A DNA stretch of 58,299 nucleotides from a virus. Lineage: Duplodnaviria; Caudoviricetes. The DNA lies in the IMG/VR virus record IMGVR_UViG_3300020060_000002, positions 1-58,299 of that record; one strand, given 5' to 3'. A program made the position numbers and the translations under genes. Below are positions 8,731 to 18,705 of this stretch, in pieces. Under the pieces are notes generated by a model that saw only the letters and a list, made by a program, of their open reading frames with translations, was not told where the DNA came from and did not search any database. Each line of letters starts with the position of its first letter. The stretch's first letter is position 1.

Positions 8731-10022
8731 TGGCCCAGCACGCGCACGACATCACCGCCGAGCAAGCCCTCCTGGGAAGCGCCATCCTCGCGCTGGACAC
8801 CTGCCTCGCGCCCTTCCTGGCCGTCCCTGAGGTGGCCTACTACCTGCCGAAGCATCAGGTGCTCGCCGGCGTGATCCGGGACATGGTGGCGCGTCGCCAG
8901 CATGTCGACGCGGTGACGGTCCTGGCGGCCGTCGAGGAGGCGGGCCTGTCGATGCGGGTCGGTGGCGGCCCGTACCTGCACACGATCATTAGCCGACTGT
9001 GGGTCGCGCACCACGCCGAGGCTTACGCGTCACGGATCCGGGAGCTGTACGGCCGGCGACGCCTGTGGGAGGTTGCCACACGCGAGGTGCAGCGGCTGGA
9101 CGCCGACTGGAACAGTGGCGAGGAGGGCCGACCGATCGACGCCAGCATCGGCACACTCCGCGCGGCCTGCGACGAGCTGATGGAGTACGCGACCGGCGCG
9201 GCCATCCAGGAGCCCAAGTCGCTCACCGACCTGCTGGGCGAGCGCGACACGTACGACTGGTTGGTCCCGGGCCTGATCGAGCGCGGCGACCGGATCGTCC
9301 TCACCGGCGAGGAGGGGTTCGGCAAGTCGGAGTTGGTGAGCCAGCTCGCCCTGTCCATCGCTGGGGGCGTGCACCCGTTCATGGGGGAGGTCCTGGAGGG
9401 CGTCGAGCCGCGCGTGCTGATCGTCGACTGCGAGAACTCGGTGGGGCAGTCGAGGCGTAGGTGGCGACGCATCGCCGGCGCGGTGGATTCCGTGCGCGCG
9501 GTGTACCAGGCGCCCGAGATCGACTGGAGCAAAAGGATCAAGGTCGAGTTTCGCACCGCCGGGCTTGACCTCCTCAAGGGCTCCGACGTGGCCTACCTCG
9601 AGGCGCTGGTGTCCGCGACGACCCCGGATCTCCTGGTGCTCGGGCCGCTCTACAAGCTGCACAACACGAACATCAACGACGGCGAGGCCGCCCGGAAGAT
9701 GCTCGACGTGTTGGACCACGTGCGTGAGCGCCACGGTTGCGCGCTGCTGACCGAGGCGCACCCGAACAAGGGCGAGAAGAACGACGGCTCCCGCCGGATG
9801 GCGCCCGAGGGCTCGTCGCTGTTCATGCGCTGGCCCGAGTTCGGGTTCGGCCTGCGCCGCAACAAGGACGACCCGATGAATCAGGCGGACGTGATCTCCT
9901 GGCGCGGGCAGCGCGAGGAGCGCGACTGGCCGTCCGGGTTCGTCCGGGGGTATGACGGCCTGCTCCCGTGGCGACCGACCCCGGACTACTACGACCGGCC
10001 CGATGTCGACTGGAAGGGCTGA
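8730..10022 (+). CDS. Replicative helicase (DnaB-like N-terminus, RecA/AAA_25-type ATPase)
   Basis: HDITAEQALLGSAIL; Walker A GEEGFGKS; IVDCEN; LVLGPLYK. Confidence 0.85.
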   Translation: MAQHAHDITAEQALLGSAILALDTCLAPFLAVPEVAYYLPKHQVLAGVIRDMVARRQHVDAVTVLAAVEEAGLSMRVGGGPYLHTIISRLWVAHHAEAYASRIRELYGRRRLWEVATREVQRLDADWNSGEEGRPIDASIGTLRAACDELMEYATGAAIQEPKSLTDLLGERDTYDWLVPGLIERGDRIVLTGEEGFGKSELVSQLALSIAGGVHPFMGEVLEGVEPRVLIVDCENSVGQSRRRWRRIAGAVDSVRAVYQAPEIDWSKRIKVEFRTAGLDLLKGSDVAYLEALVSATTPDLLVLGPLYKLHNTNINDGEAARKMLDVLDHVRERHGCALLTEAHPNKGEKNDGSRRMAPEGSSLFMRWPEFGFGLRRNKDDPMNQADVISWRGQREERDWPSGFVRGYDGLLPWRPTPDYYDRPDVDWKG

Positions 10023-10069
10023 CACGTGGATGCCGGGCACGGTGCGTGTGCGCCGCGTAAGTTGCGCTC

Positions 10070-10891
10070 ATGGCTGTGAGTCAGAACGGCTGGGAAGTCA
10101 ACCCGCCGAGGTCGCTACGCCTCGTGCCCGGAACAGTGGATGTGCGGATCACGGTCGCGGACGGTCCGGCCGGCGACGTGCTGATGTACGTGGCCACCCA
10201 GTTCGACGCCCGGGTGGAGGATCTCGACCTGGATTCCACCCGTGGCGAATTGGATGACTGGGGTTACGCGCCTCGCCCGATCCGAGGCGGGGCGACCACC
10301 AGTAACCACGCGAGCGCGACGGCCGAGGACTTCAATGCCACCCGCCATCCGCTCGGTGCGCGCGGGACGTTCTCCCGCCAGCAGGTCAACAACATCCACC
10401 AGATCCTCGCCGAGGTGGACAACGTGGTCCGCTGGGGCGGCGACTACTTCGGTCGCGCCGATGAGATGCACTTCGAGATCAACGCCTCGCCGGCCGCGGT
10501 GCAGCGTGTCGCCGACCGGCTTCGAGACCAAGGGAGCGGATTTCTCATGTCACTGTCCCCGCAGGAGCAGCGCACGCTGTTCAACCGAGCGATGGGCTTC
10601 CTCCAGCAGCGATGGTGGAAGGTGATCGACGGCAAGGCGGCCCAGGTCCCCGGCGGCTCGCCGGGCGCCATCCCGTGCGCGGCGCTGGACACGCTCGACG
10701 GGGCGTACATCGTTGGCACGATCGGCAAGCTCACCGAGCGCGTGATCAAGCTCGAGGCCCAGGTGGCGGTGGCGGCCGGCAAGGAGCTGACCGAGGAGGA
10801 TGTCCGTTCGGCGGTGGATGCCGAGCTGGCGGAATTCATGGACGAGTACGAGAAGCTCTCGATTCGTGACGACCAGGAGGTACAGGGATGA
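10070..10891 (+). CDS. Endolysin, M15-family peptidase
   Basis: SQNGW...SNHASATAED...WGGDY...DEMHFE. Confidence 0.9.
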   Translation: MAVSQNGWEVNPPRSLRLVPGTVDVRITVADGPAGDVLMYVATQFDARVEDLDLDSTRGELDDWGYAPRPIRGGATTSNHASATAEDFNATRHPLGARGTFSRQQVNNIHQILAEVDNVVRWGGDYFGRADEMHFEINASPAAVQRVADRLRDQGSGFLMSLSPQEQRTLFNRAMGFLQQRWWKVIDGKAAQVPGGSPGAIPCAALDTLDGAYIVGTIGKLTERVIKLEAQVAVAAGKELTEEDVRSAVDAELAEFMDEYEKLSIRDDQEVQG

Positions 10892-11163
10892 CCAGTCCGG
10901 TACGGCCACGCCCGCTCAAGGAGGCGGCCAACAAGGTGACCCAGACGCTCGGGATGCTCACCGCGCTGGTGGTCGCGGCCGCCGGCTACGGCATCGTCAC
11001 CGCCGTGCAGGGCGACGCGCTCGAGGGCCTGCTGGGCGCGATCCCCGGCGGGATCACGCTCATCGGGAACGTGATCCTGGCGTTCGGCATCGTGTCCAAG
11101 GCCGAGCCGCTGGTGACTCCGACGAGCGATCCACGTGACAACGATATGAACCCCCTGACATGA
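10888..11163 (+). CDS. Holin
   Basis: Two hydrophobic segments, VTP-x-x-DPR terminus, directly after endolysin. Confidence 0.75.
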   Translation: MTSPVRPRPLKEAANKVTQTLGMLTALVVAAAGYGIVTAVQGDALEGLLGAIPGGITLIGNVILAFGIVSKAEPLVTPTSDPRDNDMNPLT

Positions 11164-11199
11164 ACCGAGGGACTGTGACCCCCTGACATACTGGGTCGC

Positions 11200-11637
11200 A
11201 TGACCAGTCGCAAGCGTGAGACGAGCCCTGCCGGGAATCAGCCGGCAGGGCTCGTCCGCGAGTGGACTATTCCGCTGCCCTACGTCGGCCCGCCGATCAC
11301 CATGAACGAGATCTCCGGGAAGCACTGGAGCCGGTACCTGCTCGACCGACGCGACCTGATCAAGTCGGGGTTCTACCTCGCGCGCCACCACAAGATCCCG
11401 CTCCTGTCCTGCGTGACAGTCGAGCTGATCTACTGGCCAGGAGACAACCGCGTGCACGACGCCGACAACATGTGTCCCACGCTCAAGGCCCTTGTGGACG
11501 GCTTGCGGCGTGGTGGCGTGGTGCCCGATGACCGCGGCCGGCATGTCCGCTCAGCCACCTGCACGGTGATCGAACTCGACGACGACCCAACCGGAAATCG
11601 GACGGCGCGGATGGCGCTCGTCGTGCGCGAGGTGTGA
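11200..11637 (+). CDS. RusA-like Holliday junction resolvase
   Basis: DADNMCPTLKALVDGL...VVPDD. Confidence 0.8.
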   Translation: MTSRKRETSPAGNQPAGLVREWTIPLPYVGPPITMNEISGKHWSRYLLDRRDLIKSGFYLARHHKIPLLSCVTVELIYWPGDNRVHDADNMCPTLKALVDGLRRGGVVPDDRGRHVRSATCTVIELDDDPTGNRTARMALVVREV

Positions 11638-11671
11638 TCAAACCTCCGGTTACGGGGGGTAGCATCCGCTC

Positions 11672-11818
11672 ATGGCGGACGGTCACGATGTCGACGGGCT
11701 GGACGAGGCAACCCTCGTCGAGATCCTGACCGGGCCGAACCAGACGACCGTCGGGTACGCCCCCGAGGAACTCGAGGGCCTGCTCGATGTGCTGGACGGA
11801 AGCGATGCGCCGTGGTGA
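11672..11818 (+). CDS. Small acidic hypothetical protein (48 aa)
   Basis: Leaderless ATG after degenerate GGGGGG-TAGCAT promoter. Confidence 0.5.
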   Translation: MADGHDVDGLDEATLVEILTGPNQTTVGYAPEELEGLLDVLDGSDAPW

Positions 11819-11966
11819 CGGCATCCCGATGGAGGTTGCCCATGTGCCGGTTCGAGGTCGCACGAGAGTACGACTCCTGTCGCAAGATTCTCGACGAGAT
11901 CCCCGTCGGGGGGCTAGCACGTCGGGATGGACGATCCGTGGATCGCCGATGGACCGGGTGGTCGCG

Positions 11967-12449
11967 ATGACCCGACAGGTCGCCAACAACGGCAAGAGTC
12001 CAGCCACCGCCAGGGCTCGCGCGAGCGTCAACGGCCAGAAGATGCTCGAGCGCGTGGCGGCCGGCATGACCATCACCGAGGCCGCGAAGTCCGTCGGGGT
12101 CAGTCGCAGGCACGGTCAGGACCTGTATCAGCGCCAACTCCAGTTGGCCATGGAACAGAACAATGACCTGCGACAACACTTGATCGCACAGGATCTCGAG
12201 ACGTTGAGACTCCTCGCCCGTGCGCACATGGGCTTGGCGCTCAGCGGTGACACGCAGAGCGCCAAGGTTGTGCTTGCGTGCCTCGACCGCCGGGCGAAGC
12301 TGCTCGGGCTCGACGCCGCGGTCAAGGTCGAGATCAGCCAAGGGAAGATCAACGACACGGTCGATGAGATCGTCGGCCTACTCGATGACGCCAGCGACGA
12401 CGAACTGGCCACCGTGCTCATGATCGAGAGTGCGAGGAAAATCGGGTGA
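11967..12449 (+). CDS. Terminase small subunit (HTH)
   Basis: AGMTITEAAKSVGVS HTH; DRRAKLLGLDA; overlaps large terminase start. Confidence 0.75.
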   Translation: MTRQVANNGKSPATARARASVNGQKMLERVAAGMTITEAAKSVGVSRRHGQDLYQRQLQLAMEQNNDLRQHLIAQDLETLRLLARAHMGLALSGDTQSAKVVLACLDRRAKLLGLDAAVKVEISQGKINDTVDEIVGLLDDASDDELATVLMIESARKIG

Positions 12450-14224
12450 GCTTGGACGCCGACATCCGGGCTCGGCTGGACAAGCTGTCACCAGCCGAGA
12501 GGCGTCTCGCAGAGATCAGGCTCCGTCGCATCGCCCGTCGCAAGCGCGCGCTGCGCAGGTTCCCCACGCCGGGACACCTCGCGAAGTTCCTGCATCCCGA
12601 CACTGTGCAGACGGCGCTCATGGCCCGGCTTGACCAGGTGGCTCTCGAGTGCGACGCGGGCCTTCAGCGACGGTGGCTCATCTCCACACCACCGCAGGAG
12701 GGCAAGACCCAGCGGATGGCGCTGGCGACCCCGCTGTGGTTTCTGCTCAGGGATCCCTCGCGGCGCATCGCGCTCGCCAGCTACGAGCAGGGCCTGGCGG
12801 CGCGCTCCGGCCTGGCGGCGCGGCAGGCCATCGAGTCCTATGGCGGTGGCTACAAGGGCGACCGCCATGCTCGCGACGACAACGATGACGAGCTGGGCCT
12901 ACTGCTGGACCCGGACAACGCCAAGCAGTCCAGCTGGTCACTGGCCGACGTGCCCGGCCGGCGCAACGGCGGCATCATCTCGGTCGGGGTGGGCTCGGCG
13001 TTCACCGGCCGGTCGGTGGACGTGTTGATCGTCGACGACCCGGTGAAGAACGCGAAGGACGCCGACTCCGAGGAGCAGCGCAAGGCCAGTCACGACTGGT
13101 TCCAGGCGGTCGCCGAGACGCGCCTGTCGGGCAACGCCATCGTGATCGTTATCCAAACTCGCTGGCATGAAGACGACCTGATGGGGTGGTTGCTCACCAA
13201 GGACGACGCCGAGTCCACGAAGCGCTGGGCGCGGCTGTTCGTGCCGGCCATCGCCAGCAAGACCGACGACCCGGTCGGCCGCGAGGTGGGCGAGTACCTC
13301 GACAGCGCCCGCGCACGCACGCAGGAGGACTGGGACCAGATCCGCAAGAACGTGGGCGAGCGCTGGTGGGCCGCCCTCTACATGTGCGAGCCGGCGCCCC
13401 CTAAGGGCGGGGTGTTCCAACTCGAGTGGATTCAGAACAACCGAGTCAAGGAGGTACCCGAGCTTCTGCGGACCGAGGTCTACGTGGACCCCGCGGACAA
13501 CGAGGGCACCGGCGACGAGGCGGGGATCGTCGTGGCTGCCGAGGGTGTGGATCATCGGTACTACGTCTTGGCCGACCTGAGCGACCACATGACGGTGGGT
13601 CGCTGGTTCCGGGTGGCGTTCCTCGCGGCCCTGCGGTACGGCGCCACGGCGATCCGCTACGAGAAGTCCCTGTCGGGGCTGGCTCGACAGGCGCCGCAGT
13701 CGTGGCGGGATCTGCGGCGGGAGGCGGCCAAGCTCGACGAGCTACGGAAAGCGTGGGCGTTGCCGGGGCAGGGGCAGGCATGGCCGGTTCATCCGGACGG
13801 AACGGTGATCGAAAAGACGCGCGATGTGCTGGCGCGCGACGACGCCACGCCAGCCGAGAAGGTGACCCTCGAGGCCAACCTGATTGAGCTGTGGCCGCTC
13901 GTCCCCAAGGTGATGGCGTTGCCGGTTTCCGGAATCTCGGTGCGCTCGTTCCCCGCCGAGGGCACGAAGACGTTCCGCGCCAAGATGGTCGGCCCGGTGT
14001 ACGAGGGCGGCCACGTGTCGCACGTCGGCCACTTCCCGACGCTCGAGCACCAGCAGGTGTCATGGCAGGAGGGGCAGGACTCACCTGACCGCATGGACGC
14101 GCTGGTGCACGCGATCACCACCTTGGCGCGGAATTCGGGTGGCGTGGAGATGTCGGGCGCACGCGGGCAGATGAACACCCGGACGACCGCCATCGCGCGG
14201 GCCGGCGCCACCGGGCGACGCTGA
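12446..14224 (+). CDS. Terminase large subunit
   Basis: PPQEGKT, LIVDDPVK, IQTRWHEDD, VDPA, SPDRMDA. Confidence 0.95.
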   Translation: MSLDADIRARLDKLSPAERRLAEIRLRRIARRKRALRRFPTPGHLAKFLHPDTVQTALMARLDQVALECDAGLQRRWLISTPPQEGKTQRMALATPLWFLLRDPSRRIALASYEQGLAARSGLAARQAIESYGGGYKGDRHARDDNDDELGLLLDPDNAKQSSWSLADVPGRRNGGIISVGVGSAFTGRSVDVLIVDDPVKNAKDADSEEQRKASHDWFQAVAETRLSGNAIVIVIQTRWHEDDLMGWLLTKDDAESTKRWARLFVPAIASKTDDPVGREVGEYLDSARARTQEDWDQIRKNVGERWWAALYMCEPAPPKGGVFQLEWIQNNRVKEVPELLRTEVYVDPADNEGTGDEAGIVVAAEGVDHRYYVLADLSDHMTVGRWFRVAFLAALRYGATAIRYEKSLSGLARQAPQSWRDLRREAAKLDELRKAWALPGQGQAWPVHPDGTVIEKTRDVLARDDATPAEKVTLEANLIELWPLVPKVMALPVSGISVRSFPAEGTKTFRAKMVGPVYEGGHVSHVGHFPTLEHQQVSWQEGQDSPDRMDALVHAITTLARNSGGVEMSGARGQMNTRTTAIARAGATGRR

Positions 14225-14709
14225 TGGAGATCCGCCGGCAGGGCGAGACCCATGACCCTCAGCGAGTGCACCAGGTGCGCGGGCCGGCGACAACCCGGAA
14301 TCAGGTGCGCTCGATCGGCGTTCGGATCGACGCGCTGGCGAACGGAAAGTTGCGGATCTCGACGCCGTACGCCCGCGGGTGGGCGCGCACTGTTCGTACC
14401 CGTGACGAGTTGGCCAAGGCCATCGCCGAGGCGTTCGTCGAGGCGCAGGTGGCGAGCTACGCGCAGTGGCGCGGCGAGGCGTACGACCTGGACGCCCTCA
14501 CGCCGGTGGACAACGCGGACCCGATGACGGCCGCGGCGCCACGCGTGCACCAGAACCTGCGCCAGGACCGCAACGACGTGCACGACCCGCGCGACTGGAC
14601 GCCGCTTCCGGACGGACGCTGGCGGGCGCCGAGCGGCAAGGTGTACGGCGCGGGGACCGACGCGGTACAGCGGGTTCGCGCGAAGCGTCAACGGGCCGGA
14701 TTAGATTGA
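14224..14709 (+). CDS. Hypothetical protein
   Basis: Coupled (TGATG) to terminase. Confidence 0.65.
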   Translation: MEIRRQGETHDPQRVHQVRGPATTRNQVRSIGVRIDALANGKLRISTPYARGWARTVRTRDELAKAIAEAFVEAQVASYAQWRGEAYDLDALTPVDNADPMTAAAPRVHQNLRQDRNDVHDPRDWTPLPDGRWRAPSGKVYGAGTDAVQRVRAKRQRAGLD

Positions 14710-14712
14710 CAC

Positions 14713-14741
14713 TTGTATCCCCCCTTCTTAGGGGGTAACAT
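14713..14741 (+). promoter_or_regulatory. Conserved palindromic operator-promoter, copy 3
   Basis: TTGTAT-17nt-TAACAT; ATG at 14749. Confidence 0.85.
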
Positions 14742-14748
14742 CCCAGGT

Positions 14749-15045
14749 ATGGAAGACAGCACCGTGTGCCACGACTGCGGGAACCGCATCCACGCCGTGA
14801 CCCCCACGAGTCACGCTCACGACGACATCCAGCTGGACGCCCACCACACGGCGCGGCCGGAGGTTCCCGAGGAGCAGTGCCACCGCACCCGCGAGCACGT
14901 GCCCCACGGGAACTACGCCCCCGGCACCTCCACCCGCGTCTCCATGTGCCCCGGGGTCGGCGACCTCTACTCGCTCACGTCGTCCATCCATCACCCCATG
15001 GATGACGACCCGTTCGCTGGCCTCGACGAGGAGGTGGACTGGTGA
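14749..15045 (+). CDS. Cys/His-rich hypothetical protein (leaderless)
   Basis: ATG 7 nt after -10. Confidence 0.65.
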   Translation: MEDSTVCHDCGNRIHAVTPTSHAHDDIQLDAHHTARPEVPEEQCHRTREHVPHGNYAPGTSTRVSMCPGVGDLYSLTSSIHHPMDDDPFAGLDEEVDW

Positions 15046-15263
15046 TGTACGAGTTCGTCGAGAAGCACATGCCGGCAGGCACGATGTCCTTCCCGGCCAA
15101 GGAGAACTACCCGGACCCCGCTGACTGGTCGGCCGAACCGCACGCCAGCGTGTACGTCTGCATGGACCCCGAATGCCAGGAGGCCGCGGCCGAGTACATC
15201 GCCGAGCAGGTCGGCCAGCGCGGCACGTTCTCGCTGTTCGCGCACTACGAGGAAGGCGAGTGA
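15042..15263 (+). CDS. Hypothetical protein
   Basis: GGAGG RBS, coupled. Confidence 0.6.
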   Translation: MMYEFVEKHMPAGTMSFPAKENYPDPADWSAEPHASVYVCMDPECQEAAAEYIAEQVGQRGTFSLFAHYEEGE

Positions 15264-15266
15264 GTC

Positions 15267-15428
15267 GTGATCACCGGAGTGTGGCTGTCCCCCGACGGGG
15301 AGAAGCTGGCCGTACAGCTGGATTACGACGAGGTCTACCTGACCGACTTCGAGCGCACGGTGACCCCAGAGTCGATCAGCGGCGCCGAAGTCACCAACGC
15401 GTGGTCAACGCTGCACGAGAGGGACTGA
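15267..15428 (+). CDS. Hypothetical protein (53 aa)
   Basis: GTG start, fills operon gap, GC3-rich. Confidence 0.5.
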   Translation: MITGVWLSPDGEKLAVQLDYDEVYLTDFERTVTPESISGAEVTNAWSTLHERD

Positions 15429-15429
15429 C

Positions 15430-15837
15430 ATGGAGACCGTGACCCTCTGGAACGTGGCCGCCTACGGCTGGACCTGCGTGGGTGAGCAGGACTTCGGGGT
15501 GACCTCCGTGTCGACCTGGACCCGCGACGAGCAGGTGCTCGTGCTCGTCTGGCAGGGCAACGCCGAAGTCTCGGCCGCCGTGCTCGACGGCGAGTCGATC
15601 GTGCTGGACGAGCTGTCCGCGCTGGTGACCTCAAGCGAGTACCTGGACGATTCCCTCAACCTGCTGGTGCGCGCCGAACACCGCGCCACCCAGATGACCG
15701 GTCGACTGGGGACGGAACTCGCCGCCGTGCTGGAGGCCACCGCGCAGGCGGTCAGGCGGGACCTGCCCTCCCCGATCAACCTGCGCAACTCCGTTCGCAA
15801 CCTCGCGCTGGCCGTCTTGTCCAGCCCCACCAAGTAG
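15430..15837 (+). CDS. Hypothetical protein
   Basis: Operon context, codon bias. Confidence 0.65.
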   Translation: METVTLWNVAAYGWTCVGEQDFGVTSVSTWTRDEQVLVLVWQGNAEVSAAVLDGESIVLDELSALVTSSEYLDDSLNLLVRAEHRATQMTGRLGTELAAVLEATAQAVRRDLPSPINLRNSVRNLALAVLSSPTK

Positions 15838-15845
15838 GAGTCACC

Positions 15846-16055
15846 ATGTCGATCGAGTTCCTCGAGGCCAACCAGTGCGCGGTCTCGGTCGCGCCCTCCG
15901 GCCGCGCCCTTCGAGTCGGCCAGGACGACCTGTTCGCCCTCGAGATCGCCTACGGCTCCTCGACCAACATCGAGATCGAGGGCACGCTCGAGGAGCTGGA
16001 GGAGCTGAGCCGGGAGTTCGCCCAGCGCGTCGAGAAGATGCGGACGGGCGGGTGA
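15846..16055 (+). CDS. Hypothetical protein
   Basis: AGGAG RBS. Confidence 0.65.
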   Translation: MSIEFLEANQCAVSVAPSGRALRVGQDDLFALEIAYGSSTNIEIEGTLEELEELSREFAQRVEKMRTGG

Positions 16056-16279
16056 CCATCCGGCTCAAGATCACGCGGTCCCGGGATTCCCTGGGTAGGC
16101 GTGGCTGGCGCTGGGAGTGCGCCGCCCATCCGCGGCCCCGAAGTGGATTCCACCGAGACCACACCTGGATCGACTTCATGGCGGAACACCACGGCTTGAA
16201 GCCCCGCCAGTCGGCGCAGGCGCGCTGCATGGACGCGGCCCGCGCGCACCTGTCCCTGCGACACCCCGAGGAGGAGTAG
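16052..16279 (+). CDS. Hypothetical protein
   Basis: GTGA-coupled. Confidence 0.5.
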   Translation: MTIRLKITRSRDSLGRRGWRWECAAHPRPRSGFHRDHTWIDFMAEHHGLKPRQSAQARCMDAARAHLSLRHPEEE

Positions 16280-16693
16280 ATGCGACGACTCGACGCGTTT
16301 CTGATCTCCAAACGTCCGTACGCGGTAGACCTCGCGAGCCTGCGCACGCGAATCCAGCCTCACGCCGACGGCACGCATTTCTGGACGTGCAACGTCGATG
16401 CCGTGTGGTTCCGCAAGAAGAACCATCTACTCGCGGCCTGCATGGGTGTTCTCTGGGATCTCCAAGAGCCTGAGCCCTCGACCGTTGAGAAGTTCATGGA
16501 GCGACACACCGACGGTCGCTACGGCGGCACCACGATGGGTCGCTGGGACGGCAAGCGCTACTGGGGCAATGGCGTGACGCTCGAAACCCAGCGGGAGCAC
16601 CTCGAGATCCTGCGCCCCATGCTCGAGCACTACCCCGACGTGCCGGCCGGCTACGACGGCTGGTGGACCTTCGCACCCAGGAGTGACCGATGA
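16280..16693 (+). CDS. Hypothetical protein
   Basis: GAGGAG RBS. Confidence 0.6.
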   Translation: MRRLDAFLISKRPYAVDLASLRTRIQPHADGTHFWTCNVDAVWFRKKNHLLAACMGVLWDLQEPEPSTVEKFMERHTDGRYGGTTMGRWDGKRYWGNGVTLETQREHLEILRPMLEHYPDVPAGYDGWWTFAPRSDR

Positions 16694-17148
16694 GCTACGA
16701 CAACCGACACAACGACCCCCAGTACGTTCCGCCGCAACAGCTCACCCCCGGCGGCCCAATGCATGGCGGGTTCACGTTCACCGAGCACATCGACCCCACC
16801 ATGATCACCACCGCCGTGCTCCAGGAAGTCCTGAACGAGCGCCGCAACCAGGACGAGAAGTGGGGCGAGCAGAACCACCCCATCCACTGGCCGCTGGATG
16901 GCGACGAGGGCCGCGCGGCATACCAGGCCCACGCGGACACCTGGAAGCTCATCAACGCGGCGCGGGTGAAGTGGGCCAACGAGCGCGGCGCGGCCCCGGA
17001 TCGCAACTGTTCGTGGGACGGCATCGCGTTCGAGGAGCTGTATGAGGCGTTCGCCGAGAGCGACCCGGCCAAGATTCGCGCCGAGGCGATTCAGGCGGCG
17101 GCCGTGCTCGTCAACATGATCGAGTGCATCGATCGGGGCGCGCGATGA
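16690..17148 (+). CDS. MazG-like nucleotide pyrophosphohydrolase
   Basis: ERRNQDEKWGEQNH...EELYEAF...RAEAIQAAAVLVNMIECID. Confidence 0.7.
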   Translation: MSYDNRHNDPQYVPPQQLTPGGPMHGGFTFTEHIDPTMITTAVLQEVLNERRNQDEKWGEQNHPIHWPLDGDEGRAAYQAHADTWKLINAARVKWANERGAAPDRNCSWDGIAFEELYEAFAESDPAKIRAEAIQAAAVLVNMIECIDRGAR

Positions 17149-17333
17149 GCAGCAAGTACGGAACGGCGTTCGTCGAGAGCGAGGCCATGTTGGCGGCCAC
17201 CGCCGGCGACGCCGCCGAGATCCAGCGCATCTGCGCGGGCATGGAGCACGGCGAGTTGCTGGCCCTGGCCGATGCCGCGCGACTGGTCGCCACGACTGCC
17301 GAGTACGAGACGATGAGGAGTCGGAAGCCATGA
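17145..17333 (+). CDS. Small helical hypothetical protein
   Basis: ATGA-coupled; similar to next ORF. Confidence 0.55.
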   Translation: MSSKYGTAFVESEAMLAATAGDAAEIQRICAGMEHGELLALADAARLVATTAEYETMRSRKP

Positions 17334-17503
17334 GCAATGACTACACCGACTACCAAGAAGCCGTGGCGGCCGCGATGGTGGCTGACGAGCCCTCGATCCG
17401 CACGATGATCGAGGGCCGGAGCGACGCCGAGCTGGAGGCGCTCGAGGATGCCCTGCTGCTGGTCATCGAGGTGTCTCGCTCACTGCGGGGGGCAGTGCTG
17501 TGA
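17330..17503 (+). CDS. Small helical hypothetical protein
   Basis: Coupled on both ends. Confidence 0.55.
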   Translation: MSNDYTDYQEAVAAAMVADEPSIRTMIEGRSDAELEALEDALLLVIEVSRSLRGAVL

Positions 17504-18174
17504 TGGCCACGGGCCACGCGGCCACCGGGGCGTTGTTTTGTGGGCTCGCCGGCCCGCTGCTTCCCTCGCCGCTGGACCCGGTCACCGCGGTGTTCCTGTC
17601 GGCCGCGCTCGGTGCCCCGCTGGCGCTGGTGATGGATCTGGACACCAGGGGCAAGGCGTACTACGCGCTCCAGCCGTTGAGCTGGGTTCTCAAGCCGGTA
17701 CTGATCGGGATCGCCAAGATGATCTATCACTTGACCCGCGGCGAGGACGACGAGGAGCAGACCAACGGGCACAGGATGTTCACCCACCAGCCGGCGTTCG
17801 CCTTCCTCCTGGCCCTGGCTGCCCTGCTGCTGGTCTGGGGAACCGGGTGGGAGTGGTACGCGGCCGGCGTGACGCTGGTGGGCGTGTGGGCACACCGGGC
17901 CGGCGACGCGTGCACCAAGCGCGGCGTGCCCATCGGTCTGTGCCACGTCCTCGTCCGGAGCTTCCGCGACGAGGACAAGGTGTGGCTGTTCGTCGGCATC
18001 CCCCGCAAGCTCCGGTTCGTCACCGGCGGGAAGCGGATCAAGAAGTTCTGGAAGGCGGGCAAGCGCCGCCGATGCTGGGACGAGATCGGCGAGGGCTTCA
18101 CCACCGCCATGCTCACCGGCCTGACGGGGCTCCTCGCACTGGCCACCCTCGCCGGCTTCTACCCAGGGTGGTGA
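17500..18174 (+). CDS. Membrane-bound metal-dependent hydrolase (YdjM-like)
   Basis: GHAATG, DLD, HRMFTH, AHRAGDACTKRGVP plus TM segments. Confidence 0.75.
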   Translation: MMATGHAATGALFCGLAGPLLPSPLDPVTAVFLSAALGAPLALVMDLDTRGKAYYALQPLSWVLKPVLIGIAKMIYHLTRGEDDEEQTNGHRMFTHQPAFAFLLALAALLLVWGTGWEWYAAGVTLVGVWAHRAGDACTKRGVPIGLCHVLVRSFRDEDKVWLFVGIPRKLRFVTGGKRIKKFWKAGKRRRCWDEIGEGFTTAMLTGLTGLLALATLAGFYPGW

Positions 18175-18177
18175 CCA

Positions 18178-18372
18178 ATGACCATCCGACATGAGCCAGA
18201 CCTCTGGTGCGACCACCAATCGAAAGGTTGTATCGGCTGGTTCGAGCGGAGCCAGCCGTGGGTGAGCGCGCGGGTAACTAGGCGTGACGCGCGAAAGAGG
18301 GGCTGGTTGCGCACGCCACTCGGTGACTGTTGCCCCTCGTGTTGCCTTGCCGAGAGGAGGCGTCATGCCTGA
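18178..18372 (+). CDS. Small Cys-rich protein
   Basis: WCD...C...ARKRGW...DCCPSC. Confidence 0.55.
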   Translation: MTIRHEPDLWCDHQSKGCIGWFERSQPWVSARVTRRDARKRGWLRTPLGDCCPSCCLAERRRHA

Positions 18373-18613
18373 GCGCTGCGAGCTGACTGACCTCTACCCG
18401 GCCGAGTGCGCCTGTCGTCACCACCGTGGCGGCCGGACACCCCAGGAGGAGGTCGAGCTGATCCAGCGGAATGGTCAGGTGGTCGGACGCCGGCCGACGG
18501 GTCCCGACTGGCTCCCAGCCATGTACGCCGGCTTGTGCCCGGTGTGCAGCGAAGACATCCGCCCTGGACAGTTCATTCGCCCGACGCCCGATGGCTGGGC
18601 GTGCTGCGAGTAA
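18365..18613 (+). CDS. Small Cys-rich protein
   Basis: GAGGAGG RBS; AMYAGLCPVCSEDIRPG. Confidence 0.6.
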   Translation: MPERCELTDLYPAECACRHHRGGRTPQEEVELIQRNGQVVGRRPTGPDWLPAMYAGLCPVCSEDIRPGQFIRPTPDGWACCE

Positions 18614-18653
18614 AAAACCTCGCCGGCCTGAGATCAGGGTGCGATCGGGCGAG

Positions 18654-18705
18654 ATTGATAAGCGGGGCCGAGGGTCACATGAGACCTAAGGCCCCGCTTA
18701 TCAAT
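18654..18705. repeat. 16-bp perfect inverted repeat (bidirectional terminator or protein-binding site)
   Basis: ATTGATAAGCGGGGCC-20nt-GGCCCCGCTTATCAAT between convergent operons. Confidence 0.75.

Noticed and set aside
18654-18705. Inverted repeat as a Xer/dif or protelomerase site
   Set aside because: The spacer is far longer than the 6-bp dif core, and no tyrosine recombinase or protelomerase is recognisable.
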